Below are positions 58,444 to 64,000 of a stretch of 64,000 bases of DNA, piece after piece; position 1 is the first letter of the stretch, and each line of letters starts with the position of its first letter. Source of the stretch: Maricaulis sp. (GTDB lineage Bacteria; Pseudomonadota; Alphaproteobacteria; Caulobacterales; Maricaulaceae); the NCBI GenBank assembly GCA_029251785.1, contig JAQXCQ010000126.1, positions 13,702-77,701 of the forward strand, written 5' to 3'. A program made the position numbers and the translations under genes. The notes under the pieces are model-generated. The model was not told the origin of the DNA. It was given only the letters and a program-made list of their open reading frames with translations, and did not search any database.

Positions 58444-59277
58444 ATGAGCAAGCTTGATATCGCCCTTGTGCAGATGCGGTCCGGAATCGATCCGGCCCGA
58501 AATCTGGCGGACGCTATGGATCTGATCCGGCAGGCGGCCGACAAGGGAGTCAGTTTTGTCGCGACGCCAGAGACCACCCATCTGGTCCAAAAGGACGCGG
58601 ATAAGGCTTTTTCGGTGATGCATTTCGCTGACGTTGATCCGGCCGTGGCGGCGTTTTCGACGCTCGCTGCGGAGCTGGGTATCGCCCTGCTGATCGGTTC
58701 GCTCGCCGTGAAAATCGCGGACAGGCGGGCGGCCAATCGATCGTTTTTATTTGGGCCGGACGGCAGATTGATCGCGACGTACGACAAGGCGCACATGTTT
58801 GATGTCGGTCTGGGTGCGGGCGAAACCTATAGCGAGTCCACGAATTACCAGCCCGGCACTGAATCAGTGGTGGCAGGAATCGAGGGTGCGAATCTTGGGT
58901 TGTCTATTTGCTATGACTTGCGATTTGCCTATTTGTACCGCCAACTTGCGCAGGCGGGCGCGCAAATTCTGACAGTGCCCGCGGCGTTCACGAGGCCAAC
59001 CGGGCGTGCGCATTGGGAGGTGTTGTTGCGCGCCCGGGCGATTGAAACCGGCTGTTACGTGATCGCCCCCGCGCAAGGTGGATTGCACGAGGATGGTCGA
59101 CGCACTTATGGGCATTCGATGATTGTTGCGCCCTGGGGCGATATAGTTGCCGAGCTTGATCACGACGCGCCAGACGTGTTGGTGTCGCGCCTGCACATCA
59201 ACAAAGTTGACGAGGCCCGACGCCGAATTCCGGCCCTGACCCACGATCGCGACCTGACGGGACCTGTGGTGAAATGA
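58444..59277 (+). CDS. carbon-nitrogen hydrolase (nitrilase superfamily, Nit/omega-amidase-like)
   Basis: E-K-C triad context: TPETTH, YDKAHMFD, GLSICYDLRF. Confidence 0.92.
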   Translation: MSKLDIALVQMRSGIDPARNLADAMDLIRQAADKGVSFVATPETTHLVQKDADKAFSVMHFADVDPAVAAFSTLAAELGIALLIGSLAVKIADRRAANRSFLFGPDGRLIATYDKAHMFDVGLGAGETYSESTNYQPGTESVVAGIEGANLGLSICYDLRFAYLYRQLAQAGAQILTVPAAFTRPTGRAHWEVLLRARAIETGCYVIAPAQGGLHEDGRRTYGHSMIVAPWGDIVAELDHDAPDVLVSRLHINKVDEARRRIPALTHDRDLTGPVVK

Positions 59278-59696
59278 TCAAATATGCGTTGCGATGCGAA
59301 CATGATGATCGCTTCGAGGCCTGGTTTGCCGACAGTTCGGGCTATGACGATCAGGCGGCGCGTGGACTGATCGAATGTCCGGAATGCGGTTCAATCAAGA
59401 TTTCGAAAGCCATTATGGCTCCGGCCGTCGCCACCTCTCGCAAACGCGAGGCGACGCCGCAACACCAGTTGAAGGAAATCGCTGGCAAGGTGCGCACGCA
59501 TATTCGCAATAATTACGATTATGTCGGCAATGAATTTGCAACCGAGGCGCGCGCCATGCACGATGGCGATAAGCCTGAACGCCTGATTTATGGCGAAGCG
59601 TCACCTAAAGAAAGCAAGGCCCTCAAGGATGAGGGCGTGCCGGTGACACCGTTGCCGGACGCACTGACCCCTGTGCCGCCGAAGAAGGTGAATTGA
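59274..59696 (+). CDS. DUF1178-family protein
   Basis: MIKYALRCEHDDRFEAWFADSSGYDDQAARGLIECPECGS..ISKAIMAP matches the remembered DUF1178 N-terminus; ATGA overlap with the nitrilase gene. Confidence 0.8.
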   Translation: MIKYALRCEHDDRFEAWFADSSGYDDQAARGLIECPECGSIKISKAIMAPAVATSRKREATPQHQLKEIAGKVRTHIRNNYDYVGNEFATEARAMHDGDKPERLIYGEASPKESKALKDEGVPVTPLPDALTPVPPKKVN

Positions 59697-61109
59697 CTAC
59701 CAGTAGGGCCCGCAAACCAGTGCGCGCTGCACACCCGGCTTCAACTCACCCAGGCCGTCGACCAGTTTTTCATAGCCGAGCAAAACGTCGGTGATCTGAC
59801 CGGAATAGCGGATGGCGGTTTCGCGCATCATGCCCAGCATTGGCCAACCCCACAGGGACGAAACGGTCACGCCATCCTGAACGAAATTGGGATCGGTCAG
59901 GAAGGAGCAGGCGATCACGGCTTCAACGGGACTGCGATTGGTGGCGCTGCCGCCGATCAGATCGATGACCACGGACTGATCGGGGATCAAATCCTTGAGG
60001 TGCTCGTCGCTGATCAGAAAATTTCGCCCCCGCAGCTCGGGCGATTGCTCGGCGCCATTGATAACGAGGTCTACATCCTTGAGCCAGAAATCGATGCGGC
60101 CCTTGGCAGTGTGGGCGCGGCCGAGCACATGGATTTCATTGATGCCGTTTTGGTGCAGCTCGTCCATCGCGCCCTGGGCGACATTGCCGTAGCCGAGCAC
60201 GATTGCCTTGGCCTGGGACAGGTCGAGATCGGGCTTGTTCTGCTTGAGCAGCTCGACGCCGTAGCGGGCACCGGCCTGACCGGTCTCGTGCAAACACTGA
60301 ATACGGCGCAGGCCAAATTCAGAGGGCGGGTGGCTTTGGCGATAGGCCGCGATTGCGGACGCGCCCCGAGTGTTTTCGAATTCAGCCATGTCGAAGAGCA
60401 CAGTGCCGGCGTCCTTCAGGCGGTCGAGTATGCCGTGTGGATCTTGGAAGGATTTGCTGTCGTAGAAATACAGGGCATCAGGGCCGCTCACGTCGAGCTG
60501 CTCGAAGGTAAGGTCTGGCTGGATCACGCGCATGGAGCGCGGATTGCGATTGCCGCAGCGGCGAATCGCGCCGCGTAGGCGCTCACTCCAGCCGATTACC
60601 CGAACCCGCAGACCGCCAATCGTGTTGTTCTCGAAATAGGGCTTCAGCGCTGTGGCCATGGACTGGCGGCCCAGAATGGCCTCATCCGTGTTGACCTTGG
60701 GAGATTCCGCGATCTCCTCCATCGCGATGACATTGATGCGCTTGTCCTCGAGCAATTTGGCCCGGTCCGGGTAGGAGCCGAAATGCGCCATGCAGAACAA
60801 CGTGCAGCCCGATTTCATCTGCTCGATTGAGGCGAGGGCGGGGCCCTTGAATTTGATAATGATCTGCTTGTCGCAATAAATCTCGTCGGCGGATTGCATC
60901 ATGGCTCCGGCAGCGATGTATTCCTCGTCGCTGAAACCAACACCTTCTCCAGCACCGTGTTCGACGAATACTTTGAGCCCTGCTGAGACCAGTGTCCCAA
61001 CGTTTTCCGGTATCAGCGCGACACGCTTTTCAAGCGCACCGGGATTTTCCGGTGACTCGATTTCACGGGCGAGTGCGATGCTGGTGAAGGCAGGATGAGT
61101 CAGGGACAT
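59697..61109 (-). CDS. AlaDH/PNT-superfamily NAD(P)-dependent oxidoreductase, lysine-ketoglutarate reductase/saccharopine dehydrogenase (L-lysine-forming)-like
   Basis: N-terminus ALAREIESPENPGALEKRVALIPENVGTLVSAGLKVFVEHGAG..FSDEEYIAAGA (AlaDh_PNT_N pattern). Rossmann VLGYGNVAQGA. LVINGAEQSPE...VVIDLIGGSATN parallels the LKR LINGIYWE...ICDISADTGGSIE. Confidence 0.75.
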   Translation of the reverse strand: MSLTHPAFTSIALAREIESPENPGALEKRVALIPENVGTLVSAGLKVFVEHGAGEGVGFSDEEYIAAGAMMQSADEIYCDKQIIIKFKGPALASIEQMKSGCTLFCMAHFGSYPDRAKLLEDKRINVIAMEEIAESPKVNTDEAILGRQSMATALKPYFENNTIGGLRVRVIGWSERLRGAIRRCGNRNPRSMRVIQPDLTFEQLDVSGPDALYFYDSKSFQDPHGILDRLKDAGTVLFDMAEFENTRGASAIAAYRQSHPPSEFGLRRIQCLHETGQAGARYGVELLKQNKPDLDLSQAKAIVLGYGNVAQGAMDELHQNGINEIHVLGRAHTAKGRIDFWLKDVDLVINGAEQSPELRGRNFLISDEHLKDLIPDQSVVIDLIGGSATNRSPVEAVIACSFLTDPNFVQDGVTVSSLWGWPMLGMMRETAIRYSGQITDVLLGYEKLVDGLGELKPGVQRALVCGPYW

Positions 61110-61190
61110 GATCAACTCGCGTCTGGGAAATTGCTGGCAAGTAGTGCTGGATAAGCGGCTTAACGTCGGTGGTCAAACGGGCGGAGCGGC

Positions 61191-61952
61191 CTATCCCACT
61201 TTCTTGGCAATCAGCATGTAGTTTACATCGGTATCGCCGCTCATCGACCATTGATCGTTGAGAGGGTTGTAGCTGACACCAACAGGCTGGTCGGGCTGCA
61301 TGCCGCCTTCGCGCAGGGCGGCGATGATCTGGCGGGGTTGGACCAGTTTGTGGAAGCGGTGCGTGCCACGCGGCAGCCAGCCCATCACCCATTCCGCGCC
61401 GACGATCGCAAGCGCGAAGGCCTTGGACGTTCGGTTGATCGTAGCGCAGATCATCAGGCCGCCCGGGCGCACCAATTGGGCGCAATCGACCAGGAATGTG
61501 TGCGGATTGGCGACGTGTTCCATGACTTCCAGATTGAGGACAACGTCGAAGGGTTTTTCGCCGATTTCGATCAATTGCTCGGCGACGCCGTGGCGGTAAT
61601 CAATGTCGAGGTCCTGCTCTTCGGCATGGACGCTGGCGGTCTTGATATTGGCTTCGGCGGCATCAACGCCGGTGACTGACGCGCCAAGACGCGCCATTGG
61701 CTCGGAGGCGAGGCCGCCGCCACACCCGATGTCGAGAATACGCAAGCCCTCAAATGGCCGCTCTCCGGAAAGCCCGAAATGATCGCAGATCGCATCGCGG
61801 ATAAAACCAAGACGGACCGGGTTGAATTTGTGCAGCGGCTTGAATTTGGAATCCGGGTCCCACCATTCAGCGGCGATACGAGAGAATTTCTCGACTTCCT
61901 CGGGGTCAATCGACGGGCGTGCCAATGTTTCAGGACCGGTAGCGGCAGTCAT
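61191..61952 (-). CDS. ubiG: bifunctional 3-demethylubiquinol 3-O-methyltransferase/2-polyprenyl-6-hydroxyphenol methylase
   Basis: EVEKFSRIAAEWWDPDSKFKPLHKFNPVRLGFIRD, ILDIGCGGGLASEPMARLGASVTGVD. AGGAG RBS before ATG 61952. Confidence 0.93.
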   Translation of the reverse strand: MTAATGPETLARPSIDPEEVEKFSRIAAEWWDPDSKFKPLHKFNPVRLGFIRDAICDHFGLSGERPFEGLRILDIGCGGGLASEPMARLGASVTGVDAAEANIKTASVHAEEQDLDIDYRHGVAEQLIEIGEKPFDVVLNLEVMEHVANPHTFLVDCAQLVRPGGLMICATINRTSKAFALAIVGAEWVMGWLPRGTHRFHKLVQPRQIIAALREGGMQPDQPVGVSYNPLNDQWSMSGDTDVNYMLIAKKVG

Positions 61953-62194
61953 TATGTGTTCTCCTGTGGCGCGATCGCGCGACAAATTGCGTTCAGGCGT
62001 TGCGTAGCAAGTCATGCCCGCGTAGGAAACCGGCAATTGAAGTGCATAATCTGTATGCCGTTCCAACTGGGCCACACTATGGCCCTGACTGATCAGATAA
62101 TCGAGCCGGGTGCGACGATATGCTGCTGCCTTGTCACAACAGTGACCGCGGCAATTTCATCGGATGTGCTGGTTGAGCGTGAGGGATGTCGGGG

Positions 62195-63412
62195 ATGACA
62201 CGTGTCGTCGCGAAATTTGGTGGAACTTCGGTCGGCTCGGTTGAGCGGATCAGGCATTCTGCCGGGTTGATTGCCGCGGCTGTGGCCGACGGTGAGACGC
62301 TGGCGGTTGTGGTTTCGGCGATGAGCGGCGAAACGGATCGCCTTCTGGGTCTTGCCGGTGAATTTGGTGCGGCGCTGGGTGATGAAGAAACCGATGTGGC
62401 GCTGGCGGCCGGTGAACAGGTTTCGGCTGCGCTGATGGCATTGGCGCTGCGCGAACACGGATTGCAGGCGCGTTCCTTTCTGGGCTGGCAGGCTCCGGTG
62501 TTTACCGACGGCCCGCCTGGCGCGGCACGAATTGCCGGGATGGATTCTGTGGCCTTCGAAACAGCTATGGATGCGGGCATTGTGCCGGTTCTGGCCGGAT
62601 ATCAGGGCGTTGCGGAGAATGGTCGGCTGAGGACGTTGGGGCGCGGAGGCACGGATTTGTCGGCGGCTGCACTCGCAGCGGCGCTGGGCGCGCGGTGCGA
62701 TATCTATACCGATGTAGATGGTGTTTTCACGACTGACCCGCGAATCGAGCCCAAGGCGATGCGGATCGATGCGATAAGTCATGATGAAATGCTGGAATTG
62801 GCTGCACAGGGCGCAAAGGTTTTGCAGCCCCGCTCCGTAGAATTTGCCAAGGCCCGCGACGTGCGGATGCGAGTCTTGTCCAGTTTCCTCGATGCTGGTG
62901 CCAGTAAGGGGACAGAGATTGTTGCGGTCGGCGATATTGCCGAGCGCCGTATCGTGTCCGGTGTTGCCTACGCCCGCGATCAGGCACGCTTGGCATTGCT
63001 GGGGGCTTCTGGAAAATCTGATATGGCGCGACAGGCTTTTGAGGCATTGGCCAGTGCCGAGGTCGGCGTGGATATGATCGTGCAGGCTCAGGCGCGGACA
63101 CCGGGAAGCGTGAATCTGGAATTTTCTGTCGCCCACCGGGATCTTGATCGGGCGCAGACGGCGCTTGAAGCGGCCTTGCCGAATGCCCAATTAAGCAGCG
63201 AAACCGGTCTGGCAAAGGTGTCTGTGGTCGGTGCGGGCCTGCGTCAGCGTGCGGATGTGGCGCGGTCGCTTTTTGGGGTGCTCGGGGAGAGCGGAATCGT
63301 CGTAAAGGTGCTGGCGACTTCGGAAATCAAGATTTCCGCATTGATTGAAAACGACGCTGTCGAACGTGCCGTGCGGGCCTTGCACGCGGCCTATGGACTG
63401 GATCAAGGGTAA
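62195..63412 (+). CDS. lysC: aspartate kinase
   Basis: VVAKFGGTSVG, VVSAMSGETD, C-terminal twin ACT domains. Start MTRVV at 62195 is favoured by GAGGG spacing. Confidence 0.95.
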   Translation: MTRVVAKFGGTSVGSVERIRHSAGLIAAAVADGETLAVVVSAMSGETDRLLGLAGEFGAALGDEETDVALAAGEQVSAALMALALREHGLQARSFLGWQAPVFTDGPPGAARIAGMDSVAFETAMDAGIVPVLAGYQGVAENGRLRTLGRGGTDLSAAALAAALGARCDIYTDVDGVFTTDPRIEPKAMRIDAISHDEMLELAAQGAKVLQPRSVEFAKARDVRMRVLSSFLDAGASKGTEIVAVGDIAERRIVSGVAYARDQARLALLGASGKSDMARQAFEALASAEVGVDMIVQAQARTPGSVNLEFSVAHRDLDRAQTALEAALPNAQLSSETGLAKVSVVGAGLRQRADVARSLFGVLGESGIVVKVLATSEIKISALIENDAVERAVRALHAAYGLDQG

Positions 63413-63414
63413 GT

Positions 63415-64000
63415 ATGCTGAGAACGAATGATCATCTCTCCGCGGATCCGCGCCGATTACTGACACGCATGCGTCAGTTGATGGCTGTGCAGGAAAACGC
63501 CCAGGAACGTCTCGACCATCTGACGGATTTGATCGCGGAAGAAGCTGGCTGGGATGTATCGTCGATCTATTTGCAGCGCCGGTCAGGTGCACTGGAATTA
63601 TGTGCCACGCATGGTCTGGACGGGGCGTCGGTTCACAAGGTGAGCCTGCAGCCCGGAGAAGGCCTGGTTGGTTTGGTGGCGCGTCAGGCGCGGCCGCTGG
63701 CCGTCGAGAATGCGCAGGACCACCCTTCATTTTCCCTGAAGCCGGAGACCGGTGAGAAAGCGTTTCATACCTTCGTTGGTGTGCCGATCTTGCGCGGTGG
63801 CCGTCTGGTGGGTGTGCTGACAGCGCAATCGCGCGAAGTTCGTGTGACCCAGGAAGAAGAAATTGAAACCCTACAAACTGTAGCGATGATCCTGGCGGAA
63901 ATTATCGCATCTGGTGATGTGATTGAAGCCGAGGAGATGGCCGAGCTGGATGTGCGCCAGTCCCGCGCCGAGCGGTTTCAGGGCGGCGCCTATTCGAGCG
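63415..64000 (+). CDS. ptsP: phosphoenolpyruvate--protein phosphotransferase PtsP (EI-Ntr), N-terminal GAF domain; 3' end outside the window
   Basis: Open frame from ATG 63415 to the window end. GAF-like region (VSSIYLQRRSGALELCATHGL...GEGLVGLVARQARPLAVENAQDHPSF...FVGVPILRGGRLVGVL). Conserved lysC-ptsP adjacency. Confidence 0.85.
   Translation, partial: MLRTNDHLSADPRRLLTRMRQLMAVQENAQERLDHLTDLIAEEAGWDVSSIYLQRRSGALELCATHGLDGASVHKVSLQPGEGLVGLVARQARPLAVENAQDHPSFSLKPETGEKAFHTFVGVPILRGGRLVGVLTAQSREVRVTQEEEIETLQTVAMILAEIIASGDVIEAEEMAELDVRQSRAERFQGGAYSS

Noticed and set aside
62093-63190. 365-aa minus-strand ORF
   Set aside because: Antisense shadow of lysC; Arg/His/Pro-rich nonsense-like translation.

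Overview
GC-rich, densely coding chromosomal segment with about 75 CDS on both strands, and the gene content points to an alphaproteobacterium. The pointers are: a CIRCE operator on groESL, cobS with a J-domain gene and bolA, the comF-grxC-nitrilase-DUF1178 block, lysC-ptsP adjacency, a PilA-like Flp pilin, and a TipF-like EAL protein. Most genes are housekeeping: groES-groEL, ribF-ileS-lspA, mutL, rsmD-rluB/tadA, purD/xseA, a lipid A/Kdo block (DUF374-waaA-lpxK-lpxL plus an msbA-like exporter), pmbA, aroK-aroB-CNNM, xerD, accA, secA, mutT, ubiG, lysC and ptsP (3' truncated). I found no rRNA, tRNA, CRISPR array, IS/transposase, prophage or recognisable defence genes, and no convincing multi-gene novel system. 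The items most worth follow-up are: (1) a TM/coiled-coil/degenerate-EAL protein lying tail-to-tail with a stand-alone cheY-cheZ pair, with no other che genes in the window; (2) an orphan Flp pilin gene with a TTG start, hidden in the tail of a spurious ORF; (3) four large intergenic palindromic elements, two of which share a CGTCATCCC terminus; (4) a small accessory-looking patch at about 19.6-25.4 kb holding an amidohydrolase beta-sandwich-only ORF and tiny membrane ORFs; (5) a CX5R phosphatase embedded in the lipid A block. All calls come from reading the translations and DNA by eye; no database search was run. Start codons were chosen from RBS or signal-peptide logic and may be off by a few codons.
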